In this document: in pieces, positions 41,165 through 50,209 of the stretch | Position numbering within the stretch: the first letter of the stretch is position 1 | Layout: each line of letters opens with the position of its first letter | From: Desulfosudaceae bacterium | GTDB taxonomy: Bacteria > Desulfobacterota > Desulfobacteria > Desulfobacterales > Desulfosudaceae | Assembly: GCA_963674745.2 (NCBI GenBank) | Contig: CAXXDV010000001.1 | Location: 1,152,001-1,216,000, forward strand | Length of the DNA stretch: 64,000 nucleotides | Direction: 5' to 3' | The notes under the pieces: generated by a model | Told to the model about the DNA's origin: nothing | Database searches by the model: none | Seen by the model: only the letters and a program-made list of their open reading frames with translations | Made by a program: the position numbers and the translations under genes

Positions 41165-41891
41165 TTATTACACAAAACTAAAATCAAAAAATGACATATT
41201 GTCCGTGGCCTATAAATTAGGCTTTTCAGGGAAATCTTCAGGCCGTTGTACCCAAGGCGAATGTCCAAAACACGGCAGTTCTGGTAGAAAATGCCTGACA
41301 ATCTGGCCGGGCATACAGGGCTGGAAATGTTATCACTGCGGAGAATCTGGAGATGTTATCAATCTGGTAATGCATTACAAGAAGATGAGCCTGGTCGAGG
41401 CGGTAAATTATCTTGCCGATCAAGCCGGGATGCCACATCTAAACGGAAACGGCATGACGGAGGAAGAAAGGAAAAAGCTCGAGTCAGAGCAAAAAGAAAA
41501 GGCTCTTGTCTATGGCATGCTGACTACAGCTGCAGAATGGTACCATAAACAGCTTGAAAAACATCCTGATATCAAAGAGCACCTGTATAACCATTACGGT
41601 TTTTCCGAAGATATTATAGCGGAATTGCGGATCGGGTTTGCACCTCCGACGGAGAAGAAGCAGTCGGCCCTTGCGGACCATTTGAACTCCATAAGCAAAT
41701 ACAAAGGCCATATTACCAAAACAGGGTTGTTCAACTTCAAGAATCCAGCCGGGCCCTTCTGGGATTTCTTTAATGGCCGAATAATTTTCCCCTTTTGGAA
41801 AAACGGTATGGCCGTAAACCTGATAGGTCGGGCAACAGACAAAACACCGGAAAATCAATATGAATGTTATACAATGAAAGAAGAGGATTAA
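41157..41891 (+). CDS. DnaG-like primase, N-terminal part (CHC2 zinc finger plus start of catalytic core)
   Basis: CPKH...WKCYHCGESGDVI, IGFAP and FNGRIIFP...LIGR motifs. Confidence 0.85.
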   Translation: MSDYYTKLKSKNDILSVAYKLGFSGKSSGRCTQGECPKHGSSGRKCLTIWPGIQGWKCYHCGESGDVINLVMHYKKMSLVEAVNYLADQAGMPHLNGNGMTEEERKKLESEQKEKALVYGMLTTAAEWYHKQLEKHPDIKEHLYNHYGFSEDIIAELRIGFAPPTEKKQSALADHLNSISKYKGHITKTGLFNFKNPAGPFWDFFNGRIIFPFWKNGMAVNLIGRATDKTPENQYECYTMKEED

Positions 41892-41892
41892 A

Positions 41893-44115
41893 ATGGCAGA
41901 CTATATAAAATATAAGAAACTCAAACAGCACGACCCTGATGATGGGAAGCGTAAACACATCTCCCCCTATATTGAAAATTCGTTTGTTGGGGAAGACCAT
42001 ATTCGGGGGGAAAAGGAAATCATCATTACCGAAGGAATGCCGGACTGGATAAGCGCTGTTGATAAAGGGTTTGCAGCGGTATCTCCGGTCACTACGCGCT
42101 TTAAAGACGACGATATTAAACGGCTTGCCGAAATTACAGCAGGCGCCGAATCCATATATATTATAAACGACAATGAAACCAACCAGGCCGGTTATAAAGG
42201 CGCCTTAGAAACGGGTAAATACCTTAGCAAGACAGGAAAGAATATTTACCTTGTGGAGCTGCCCAGGCCGGAAGGCAAGGACAAAATTGACCTGAACGAG
42301 TATTTGCGTGATCATACCGCTGATGAACTCCGGGACTTGATGTCAGAGTCCAAGACTGTCCTGGAGATATTAATCGATTCCCTGCCAGAAGATTTGCCGA
42401 AGGCCTTACCCGAATTACGGAATGATATCCTGCCCATACTTATAGAGCTTGATGGTACCCTGCAAGACTATTATTCCAAGTTATCGTCCCAAAAAATAGG
42501 CTCTACTGTACCGAACATCAAAAAGGAAATCGAACAAGCGAAAAAACGGAAGGCTGAAAAAGAAAAAGCCGAAGACGTAAAGCCCGTTGACCCAGAAATT
42601 TTAAAGCAAGCAGAACAGATTGCAAAAGACCCCGGCCTGCTGAAAAAACGTATAGACCTTGTCAATCTTAGTGGTATTGTCGGCGAGCGTAATGTAATTG
42701 CCATGATTTTTGCCTGTATGGATTCAAGGTTGTTGCCCGATGATAATGTAAACCCAAACACATTGAACGTGAAAATAGCCGGGCATAGCGGCAGCGGTAA
42801 ATCCTGTATAGTCAAAAGCTGCTTAACCCTTTATCCGGAAAGCGTTTATAAGCTCATCACCAGCGCCAGTGAAAAGGCTTTATACCGCATGAGTACCGAC
42901 ATGAAACATAAAGCGTTAATTTTCGCAGAAGGTTTTCAGTTCCAGAGCAACAATGGCCAAGACTCAGAGATGGTTTATACTGTCAGATGTTTGCTGTCCG
43001 AGGGCCGGGTGTCATATCTGGTGACCGAAAAAAAGGAAGACGGCACTTTAGAAACAGCGGAAAGAAAACTCGAAGGCCCGACCAGTTTTTTAACCACGAC
43101 CATTAAAGAAAAACTTGAAGATCAATTAGAAGACCGTTTGTTTACAATACATCCGGACGAGTCCATGGAACAGAGCATGAACATTATCCGCGCATCGGCC
43201 AATCGCAAAGCGGGATTGATCTATGAAATTGATATTAAAACCATAAATGCCTGGAAAACGTTTCATGAAAATTTAAATCCGATCCAAATCGTCATCCCTT
43301 ATGCGCCGGCCATTGCTGATTATATCAACAAAAATGGTAAACCCCCTATTTCAATCCGGAGGGCGTATAACCGGGTGCTTTCGGTTATTCAAGCAATAAC
43401 CTGTGCCTATCAGCATCAAAGGAAAACTGATACGAATAACCGTAAGGTGGCTGAAATCGCGGATTACTGGATGGCATTACAGATCGTAAAAGAAGCATTC
43501 AAGGAAAATCTGGGACAGCAGAACATTAAAAATAACAAGCGAATAGAGCATATCAGGGATAATGAGCCGGTCAATTATAACGAACTTAAAGCTGTTTGGG
43601 GCATCAGTAAGCCGGCTGTTTCTCAATGGGTCTCGGCAAGGATTAAGGAGGGGGTGCTAGTTCGCTGCGATGACTGCGGCAATGAACTTGATGGCTCGTC
43701 TGAATCGAGGTCTTTGATAAAGTCGGGAAAAAGCTATGTCAAAGTCAGTGATGAATATGCGGATGATGAAGCGATTGGACTGCCCTCCCCTTATGAATTG
43801 TCGGGCGATGATGAATGGTCGGCCAGCGGAAAGCAATTGCATAAATATGATCTTAAAATTGATCATCAGGTATTAAGCAGTATTAAGCCGGTATTAAACG
43901 ACCAGCTTAATACCTCCGATGAGGATGAAAGGGTTAATAATATTAGTGATTCTGATGACACAGATGCCGGTATTAAGGTCTTAAGTGAAGATCCTGAGGA
44001 TAACGATAATATAATTGAATTAAATGAAAAGAAACAAATCGTAGATGATGAGGATGAATTAATGGAATGGCTTGGGCTTGGCACATCAAAAAACAGAAAA
44101 TCAGCATCATCATAG
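41893..44115 (+). CDS. Primase TOPRIM domain fused to P-loop helicase-like domain
   Basis: KYKKL, IITEGMPD, INDNE..AG and DLNEY motifs; GHSGSGKS P-loop; DRLF; own GAGGA RBS. Confidence 0.8.
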   Translation: MADYIKYKKLKQHDPDDGKRKHISPYIENSFVGEDHIRGEKEIIITEGMPDWISAVDKGFAAVSPVTTRFKDDDIKRLAEITAGAESIYIINDNETNQAGYKGALETGKYLSKTGKNIYLVELPRPEGKDKIDLNEYLRDHTADELRDLMSESKTVLEILIDSLPEDLPKALPELRNDILPILIELDGTLQDYYSKLSSQKIGSTVPNIKKEIEQAKKRKAEKEKAEDVKPVDPEILKQAEQIAKDPGLLKKRIDLVNLSGIVGERNVIAMIFACMDSRLLPDDNVNPNTLNVKIAGHSGSGKSCIVKSCLTLYPESVYKLITSASEKALYRMSTDMKHKALIFAEGFQFQSNNGQDSEMVYTVRCLLSEGRVSYLVTEKKEDGTLETAERKLEGPTSFLTTTIKEKLEDQLEDRLFTIHPDESMEQSMNIIRASANRKAGLIYEIDIKTINAWKTFHENLNPIQIVIPYAPAIADYINKNGKPPISIRRAYNRVLSVIQAITCAYQHQRKTDTNNRKVAEIADYWMALQIVKEAFKENLGQQNIKNNKRIEHIRDNEPVNYNELKAVWGISKPAVSQWVSARIKEGVLVRCDDCGNELDGSSESRSLIKSGKSYVKVSDEYADDEAIGLPSPYELSGDDEWSASGKQLHKYDLKIDHQVLSSIKPVLNDQLNTSDEDERVNNISDSDDTDAGIKVLSEDPEDNDNIIELNEKKQIVDDEDELMEWLGLGTSKNRKSASS

Positions 44116-44481
44116 ATGAGAGGGTTGATTGATTTTCAGAAAAATAATAATAAACTGTCTTATCCGGCCTTATGACCTGATCTATAAAAATCTATCCCTG
44201 TATTTTTTGCCCGAAACAATATAGGTCATTTACTTTTGTTAATAAAAATCCGTATCAGCCTTCATAGAATTTGGCTTAATACCTTAAGACCCGATAGCAA
44301 CAAATCGTTTTTGTTAATTAAATTAATGGAATAGTGAAGATCGCGGGTATTAAGGAAGGTGATTAATACCAGCTTAATACCTTAATTTTAATTGTCAGAT
44401 AAAGCTATAATAAAACACCTGACAGCGCCGGCACCTGATACAAAAGTCCAGTCCTGAACGTTTAAGTCGCAGGGTGTTAAG
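43869..44481. repeat. Iteron-like GGTATTAAG array in both orientations (candidate replication origin)
   Basis: Exact or 1-mismatch copies at 43869, 43879, 43890, 43969, 43977, 44346 and 44473 (+), and at 43906, 44275, 44283, 44362 and 44373 (-). Confidence 0.7.
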
Positions 44482-44524
44482 GTGGTAAACGAGTGTGAGG
44501 GTAAAAAAACTCAGCTGAGGCATT

Positions 44525-44875
44525 TTATGGTTGTTCGCTTACCCATATGATTCGGCCATGCCTGATCCAAAAATGGCTTTGGCAACCAACTTTTCGCCAA
44601 ACCGAAGGATGAAGACTTACAACGTTCCTTTTATGAAAAGTGACTGACCATTTAGGCTTTTGATTGGGCATTAATCCCATATGCAGAGTTTCTCCACAAC
44701 CGCAGGGGCATATCATTGCAGAATACCAAAGAAAACCATTTTCCCCGATAATATAAAGCTTATTCTCCTCCAGTGAATCCGGTAGTTCCTCTGCTTGTAT
44801 AGCTGTAATGCTTCGTTTTCGATTTGTTAGCCTGTGGTAAACCCGTTTCAGCACCGCCCAGATTTTCATCATCAA
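44525..44875 (-). CDS. DUF6527 family protein (putative peptidase of the ubiquitin-like operon)
   Basis: CPCGCG, SLHPSVW and GCQSHFWI motifs; ATGA overlap with E1. Confidence 0.85.
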   Translation of the reverse strand: MMMKIWAVLKRVYHRLTNRKRSITAIQAEELPDSLEENKLYIIGENGFLWYSAMICPCGCGETLHMGLMPNQKPKWSVTFHKRNVVSLHPSVWRKVGCQSHFWIRHGRIIWVSEQP

Positions 44876-46269
44876 TCCTTTTTACTGAGCGCTGGCATAT
44901 CTAAAAGAGGGCGGGTATCTCCCCGCCCTACCCATTTTTTAAACACATCACAAGGAGGGCCATCGGGTTCATGTACAAACAAACCCTCATTTAAAGAAAA
45001 TCTATATATGGCATATTCAGCGTTTGAATCATTTCGATATGGAATTATGCGCGCCAAGAGTTCATTGACACCGAATGAGGCAATAAGCATGTTAATCGAA
45101 ATTACAGCCGGTTTATCTTCATCGACACCTTCAATATATCCAGCCTTAAATTGATCATAGTAAGTCTCTGGATCGGAGTGCTTTAAGGCTTCTGCTCGCA
45201 GACGTTCTTGCGTATACACCCCTCGGCTTAACAAGCTTGACCCCCCAGGCTTTAGATAGTGTACGGTTCCGCACACATAATCAACGCCCCCTTCTCCATC
45301 CGCTAATAGTTTTACGCCAAGGTCAAAATATGGAATCAGATAGGTAGTTGCCAATTTGTTCAGGGTATGCCTACCATCAACGGTGTCCATACACCCAAAA
45401 AGAATGTCACAGGTTGAAAGGGTCTTGATAACTTTTTTGCTAAATAAATCCTCAGGGAAACATTCAACGCTTGTCCCAAACCCCATTGAATTTATATGGT
45501 CCGCCATAATTTCGACTTTAAATCTGCTCTGGAGAGCGTCATCCATAGTTGCCTGTGGGATTCGGTTTAAATTTTTTTCCTCAATTCTGTCAGGGTCTAC
45601 GATTACAAGGCTTCCGATGCAATTTCTTGCAAGTTGTTCGATAACAAGGCTTCCTGTCCCGGAACAACCGACAACGCCAATTTTTATTTTTCTTAATAGC
45701 TGGTATGTTTTATTTCCAAAAGCTTGAGCCAGTCTTACACCATATCGGTCCGGAGTTTTAGGCGGTGCTGAATCGTTATCGAACCAGAATTTGATATCAT
45801 TTCCGACAACTTTTATACACGAGATGGGTATAAATCCATTGTTACAGAAAGACCGTCCTATTAACCGCCCATCTTCAAGCATAATGACACTGGCATGTGG
45901 TACATCGTCAGAAGTCCAGATGTCAGTATAATTGAAAAACAAATTATCAGAGATATCATCTCTTGCCGAAAAATCCGCATAGCCGTTTGGATGGCTATGA
46001 ATTTTGACGACAGACAAGCTCTTTTTCTCGGCCTTTTCAAGTATTCCTGGTAAAAAATCAGTTCGCCATTTAATGTAGTCAGCTGTGCGTTCACAACAAC
46101 CCTCTGGAACCGATAATATTTCATTAACAAGAAGCCCATACGAACCATCTACTTGTCTTTGTCGGCAAAGCGCAAAAGCGATTGACTCAAAGCCATCTCC
46201 AGGAAATAGCAGCCTCTGAAGTCGTTTATAGTGGCTTTCTATCAAAGATAAAGTTAGTTCTTGCTTCAT
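44872..46269 (-). CDS. JAB/MPN domain fused to ThiF/E1 adenylyltransferase
   Basis: HSHPNGYADFSARD (HxHx7SxxD); GVVGCSGTGS, DPDRIEEKNLNR, GCMD and PAVISIN; ATGA overlap with the E2 stop. Confidence 0.9.
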   Translation of the reverse strand: MKQELTLSLIESHYKRLQRLLFPGDGFESIAFALCRQRQVDGSYGLLVNEILSVPEGCCERTADYIKWRTDFLPGILEKAEKKSLSVVKIHSHPNGYADFSARDDISDNLFFNYTDIWTSDDVPHASVIMLEDGRLIGRSFCNNGFIPISCIKVVGNDIKFWFDNDSAPPKTPDRYGVRLAQAFGNKTYQLLRKIKIGVVGCSGTGSLVIEQLARNCIGSLVIVDPDRIEEKNLNRIPQATMDDALQSRFKVEIMADHINSMGFGTSVECFPEDLFSKKVIKTLSTCDILFGCMDTVDGRHTLNKLATTYLIPYFDLGVKLLADGEGGVDYVCGTVHYLKPGGSSLLSRGVYTQERLRAEALKHSDPETYYDQFKAGYIEGVDEDKPAVISINMLIASFGVNELLARIIPYRNDSNAEYAIYRFSLNEGLFVHEPDGPPCDVFKKWVGRGDTRPLLDMPALSKKD

Positions 46270-46682
46270 GTTTTTTTTAGTTCCTGAAAGAGCCATTCAC
46301 CGACGAGGGTAATATGTGTTTCAATATTATCGATACCAATACGCCAAGGATTTTTATTGGTCCGGTGCCTTGACCAACGCTGCCAGGATTTCCCATCGAA
46401 CATTTCGTTTGATATAGCTTTTATTGCTCTGCCGTCATTTCGAGCTAAATCAGGATAAAAATATACCATGTCAATCTGGGTATCGGGATATGTACGATCA
46501 ATTCTGAGACGTACGTCAACAACCCGATGATTGTAACCCTTTGGAATTCGGTAACCATAAATAATTATGCTCTGGACTTTCCCTTCGGTGACGGCCTCCC
46601 ACGAGAGGTTAATGGAATTAAGAAAATCTCTGTCGTCTTCCGGTAAGTCGAAATCAAACCGCAGACCCTTACTATCCTTCAT
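46266..46682 (-). CDS. Prokaryotic E2/UBC-fold protein without cysteine
   Basis: IPKGYN, YPDTQIDMVYFYP, WQRWSRH and WRIGID motifs; no Cys in 138 aa. Confidence 0.85.
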   Translation of the reverse strand: MKDSKGLRFDFDLPEDDRDFLNSINLSWEAVTEGKVQSIIIYGYRIPKGYNHRVVDVRLRIDRTYPDTQIDMVYFYPDLARNDGRAIKAISNEMFDGKSWQRWSRHRTNKNPWRIGIDNIETHITLVGEWLFQELKKT

Positions 46683-46992
46683 TTAAATGTCGTCCTTCTG
46701 TTTGATCGAGCGGCAAAGTCATAAAACGCTCAACGCCAGGCTCCCGAAAATCAGCCGTTTGGTCTAATTCGATTTTTTTGGTCTGACCGCCATGAAGCTT
46801 TTGATATAAGGCAAATCGTTCAGGGGGTGTCTTGTCAGCGAGTTTTAAGATTTCTCGTCCGGTCATTTCTGGCACATCGACCACGAAATGCTGTTTATCA
46901 ATTCTGATTTTGTACTGTTTTGCAGTAGGGATTGGTTTACCTTCTTTGGCATACTGTTCCACATCAACCACTTCTTTAATTTCATTATCCAT
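46672..46992 (-). CDS. Multi-ubiquitin-family ubiquitin-like protein
   Basis: YKIRIDK, MTGREILKLA, GVERF and PLDQTEG followed by a short RHLNEG extension. Confidence 0.85.
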   Translation of the reverse strand: MDNEIKEVVDVEQYAKEGKPIPTAKQYKIRIDKQHFVVDVPEMTGREILKLADKTPPERFALYQKLHGGQTKKIELDQTADFREPGVERFMTLPLDQTEGRHLNEG

Positions 46993-47052
46993 TTTATATG
47001 TCCTCTTTTATTAATTTTGGTGTTCAGGGCTCGCCGTAACGAGCCCCGATTT

Positions 47053-47226
47053 CTATCTTTCCTTTCTGACACCTTTAAAAGGCTTTCTATCGCTTTTTTG
47101 ATCGATGAATCTCCCGGATTCAGTATCCCGCTTTGTCCATCTATCCGTTTTGGGGTTATAGGCTTGTGAACGATCACGAACCGCCCCGATCCTTCTACCG
47201 TCGCCGGTCGGTGGATTTGTGGCCAT
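47053..47226 (-). CDS. Small basic protein (57 aa) at the head of the Ubl operon
   Basis: AGGAGGTG RBS; MATNPPTGDGRRIGAVRDRSQAYNPKTDRWTKRD...GRF...K...PFKGVRKE. Confidence 0.75.
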   Translation of the reverse strand: MATNPPTGDGRRIGAVRDRSQAYNPKTDRWTKRDTESGRFIDQKSDRKPFKGVRKER

Positions 47227-47263
47227 TCTGCTCACCTCCTTTCTATATGAAATGCATCCCTGC

Positions 47264-47297
47264 CCATCTGGTTCATTGAACACGATGAACCAGATGG
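47264..47297. promoter_or_regulatory. Palindromic operator candidate upstream of the Ubl operon
   Basis: CCATCTGGTTCAT-8 nt-ATGAACCAGATGG perfect 13-bp inverted repeat. Confidence 0.7.
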
Positions 47298-47307
47298 TAA
47301 AAAATTT

Positions 47308-47850
47308 TTACTTAATACGAAAATATACAAATTCAATACCACCTGAAGATGCCAATTCTTCCTGCCTCAACAAAAACCCTTTTTCCCACAAGTATTTTAG
47401 TTTTGAGCTTGCGTTAGTTAGTTTTAAATTCAATTTTTCTGCAGCCTTAACCGTAGTAATCGAAGGAACGGATAAAGCATAGTCCAGTAAATCAACGGTT
47501 CCACGGGTTGGTTGAACACCCAAAAGCTGATATCCTATTTTGTCCCAAACAATTATGGGCTGATTCTTTTTTTCGGCTGCGTATGACCAGTTATCCAACA
47601 AATCGGAATCGGTAACATCAGTCAGACAAAAGCCTTTATCACCACGATATTTCTTTGCAATTTCAATCACACTCTCGCGTGGGAAAGAAGCATCAGTATG
47701 TTGCACTCCTTCAAGTGAGACCTGAAAAATCTTTTTCCCAGGATTATTTTTTACAAGATCCAAAAGCCTTATATAAACTTTTTGACCTTGCTTGTGACCC
47801 CAGCCGTCAGGGCTATCCATTAAGTCTCTTAAACGAATAATCTGATTCAT
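47308..47850 (-). CDS. STAS-like plus winged-helix DNA-binding protein (CapS-like repressor); start 47850, 47859 or 47886
   Basis: VSLEGVQHTDASFPRES (STAS D-x-S phosphoacceptor-like); C-terminal wHTH (TVKAAEKLNLKLTNASSKLKYLWEKGFL). Confidence 0.7.
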   Translation of the reverse strand: MNQIIRLRDLMDSPDGWGHKQGQKVYIRLLDLVKNNPGKKIFQVSLEGVQHTDASFPRESVIEIAKKYRGDKGFCLTDVTDSDLLDNWSYAAEKKNQPIIVWDKIGYQLLGVQPTRGTVDLLDYALSVPSITTVKAAEKLNLKLTNASSKLKYLWEKGFLLRQEELASSGGIEFVYFRIK

Positions 47851-47869
47851 TGAATACATTGAACCAGAT
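47840..47869. promoter_or_regulatory. Second copy of the operator, overlapping the start of the STAS-wHTH gene
   Basis: ATCTGATTCATTGAATACATTGAACCAGAT matches 47266-47295 at 26/30 nt. Confidence 0.65.
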
Positions 47870-48787
47870 TTATTTTTGCCTGTCAAGGAAAAAATCGAAA
47901 TTAATTTGAGTACCGTGAATTTTGGGGAGAGATTCGTAACAATACGCGGTGCTTCGATATGTTCCTGACGAAGGCTCTAAGCACAAACAACTATTGGGTA
48001 GCCTTATGGTTAGATTTGCTTTGTATTTTAATGCTTTTTCAGCACTTTGCTTTAATCCGCAGCCGCGATTGGTACCATGTCGTGATACTCCTCTCCGAAA
48101 TACTTCTAATAACAATTCGGTGTCAGATAATTTAGAAAGGCTTGGAAATTCTACTGATAAAGAGGGCCTTAATGTTTGTAGAATTCCCTTACCACTATCT
48201 GATACAATCACTTTTATCTTACTTCCTCCTTTATAAACCTGCAAAGCAGCGTATCCATCTAATTCGGTTGAACTGTGCTCAAAAATATTATCGATTAGCT
48301 CACCAAATACGGTAAAAGCGGCATTTCTTAACAATTGGCAATCAGGCCTTTCAACAATAGCTTCTTTAAGCGTATCTGCAAGCGTACTTGGAAGGTTCTC
48401 ATCACGTGAATTTGGGTTTATGCTTTTTATTTCAACAAGACCAGGATTCTTACCCCCATAAACTTTCGCACCTGAATAGAAAGGCCGTTCAGGAAAAACA
48501 TCGATTTTATCATTCAAGAAATCAAAAAAGCCCATACGATTTAAATATCCCAAAGCTCCATACTCATCCTCCTCGAATTGCAAAATAACTTTTTTCCCAA
48601 AAAAGTTTAATTGATTTGCAAAGCTTAATAAAATAACTCCAGCATCAACCATTATTTTGCACCTTTCTGGAACTTGAAAAATAACCTCTTTAACAGACCG
48701 GTGAAAATAGTTTGATGAGGAAAGAGCTCCTTGAAAATCCAAGCAGTTAATCCATTTGGGGGGTAAAAGTATAGTTAATGATTTCAT
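47870..48787 (-). CDS. STAS-like plus GHKL (anti-sigma-factor-type) kinase (CapK-like)
   Basis: GYLNRMGFF; ELIDNIFEHS (N box), VSDSGKGI (G1), GVSR...RGCGL (G2) and GTQI. Confidence 0.75.
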   Translation of the reverse strand: MKSLTILLPPKWINCLDFQGALSSSNYFHRSVKEVIFQVPERCKIMVDAGVILLSFANQLNFFGKKVILQFEEDEYGALGYLNRMGFFDFLNDKIDVFPERPFYSGAKVYGGKNPGLVEIKSINPNSRDENLPSTLADTLKEAIVERPDCQLLRNAAFTVFGELIDNIFEHSSTELDGYAALQVYKGGSKIKVIVSDSGKGILQTLRPSLSVEFPSLSKLSDTELLLEVFRRGVSRHGTNRGCGLKQSAEKALKYKANLTIRLPNSCLCLEPSSGTYRSTAYCYESLPKIHGTQINFDFFLDRQK

Positions 48788-48868
48788 TTAAATGCGAATT
48801 GTGTATTAGATTTTATCAAAATACGATACATATAGCCTACTTTCATTAATATCTTTTGATCAACGAAG

Positions 48869-50209
48869 CTAAGCATTAAACGCCTCTTTGATAACCACCT
48901 GCATGAGCATTTCGGAATTCTGCTGTGCGTTTGAGATTTGGATTTCGATCCTTGATAAATATTCAAAAGAGTAATCCAATTTTTTTATGATTTCTCTTTG
49001 TTCATCGAATGGTGGAACCGGAATCAGGTATGAAACAATATTTTTAATATTAATCCTTGGTGAGGCTGCTCCAGCCAATGATTTGTTAATATGTGACCAT
49101 ATAACTTGTGACTTTAGAAAATAATTTAAAAATCTGGCACCAATGGTGGAATATGACCTGAAAAGCATAACCCGCTGTCCTAAGCATAACGGCTCCTTGC
49201 AGTCAATTATTGAAGATATCCCTAATCGTCCTCCCTCACGGATATAGATAATATCTCCTTGTTGAGGGACTAACCGTGATACTCTCTTTTCATACTCTTT
49301 TTGATCAACAAATTTAGCACTATCGAAATTGAGCCCATTATCAGTAATATTTTGAGAAAGTACGCATAGGTAACCATTTTGTGTATATTTCGGAGTGGAA
49401 TGAGGACAATCGACATATAAAAGATTAAAATCTTCTATATGTGCCCAAACCCAGCCTTTGGGCAGTTCAAACGGGATTTCATCTTCTGTGATCGGCGGCA
49501 GGGGTTTTTGTCTTTTTATTTTCTTTGCTTTTACCAGGCGGTCTTTTTCGGCCTTAATACGTTTTAGGAGTTCGGAGGCCGGCTCAGCGTGAGAATTATC
49601 TCTGCGCCATTGTTCGGTCAATTTTCCGGAAATGGCGTCATGTAAAATAGATTGGCGAATTTTTTTTAAGAGGGATTGCTGGCGGGTAACTTCATCCTCA
49701 AGTTCGGCAATAGCACATCTGGATTTGTGGGTCTGGGAGGAAATCCTATTCTGCTTTTGGGTAGAAATGCCCGGAATTTTCATGTCTAAAAAGATTCTCT
49801 CTTTGAATCGATTTCGACTTATTCCGGAAACCCCCTTGCTCATCCGGTTAACATAATCAATATTTGAGGGTAAAAGAATGTAATCAAGAAGATAGTTTAT
49901 ATTAATTTCCGTTTGGTCATATGTAAAAACAGGAAATTCATTTGAAACCAGGCACCCATCGAATTCTTTTTCTATAATTGCGAAAGAGCTTTTCCATGCA
50001 AATAATCGATTGTATATAAAATCACCTGTTTTAACCCGATACAATTTTTTTGCTTTTATATCTCCACCGGTTTTTTCTTCTCTGACAAAAGCACCTTTGC
50101 CGTACCATTTAACTCCTAAAAGCTTATATGTTGTGTTGTTGTCCAGAATCACTTCTCTTTTGATCTGTTTAAGAAAAGTCCCGATGGTCGGGTTTTGGTT
50201 AGTTTTCAT
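48869..50209 (-). CDS. hsdS: Type I R-M specificity subunit
   Basis: Two TRDs; SILHDAISGKL, EPASELLKRIK, IPFELPKGW.W and IPVPPFDEQ motifs. Confidence 0.92.
   Translation of the reverse strand: MKTNQNPTIGTFLKQIKREVILDNNTTYKLLGVKWYGKGAFVREEKTGGDIKAKKLYRVKTGDFIYNRLFAWKSSFAIIEKEFDGCLVSNEFPVFTYDQTEININYLLDYILLPSNIDYVNRMSKGVSGISRNRFKERIFLDMKIPGISTQKQNRISSQTHKSRCAIAELEDEVTRQQSLLKKIRQSILHDAISGKLTEQWRRDNSHAEPASELLKRIKAEKDRLVKAKKIKRQKPLPPITEDEIPFELPKGWVWAHIEDFNLLYVDCPHSTPKYTQNGYLCVLSQNITDNGLNFDSAKFVDQKEYEKRVSRLVPQQGDIIYIREGGRLGISSIIDCKEPLCLGQRVMLFRSYSTIGARFLNYFLKSQVIWSHINKSLAGAASPRINIKNIVSYLIPVPPFDEQREIIKKLDYSFEYLSRIEIQISNAQQNSEMLMQVVIKEAFNA

Noticed and set aside
44525..46992. CBASS (Cap2/Cap3) assignment of the E1/E2/JAB genes
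   Set aside because: No CD-NTase is adjacent; a dedicated Ubl, separate Cys-free E2 and DUF6527 point to a different pathway.
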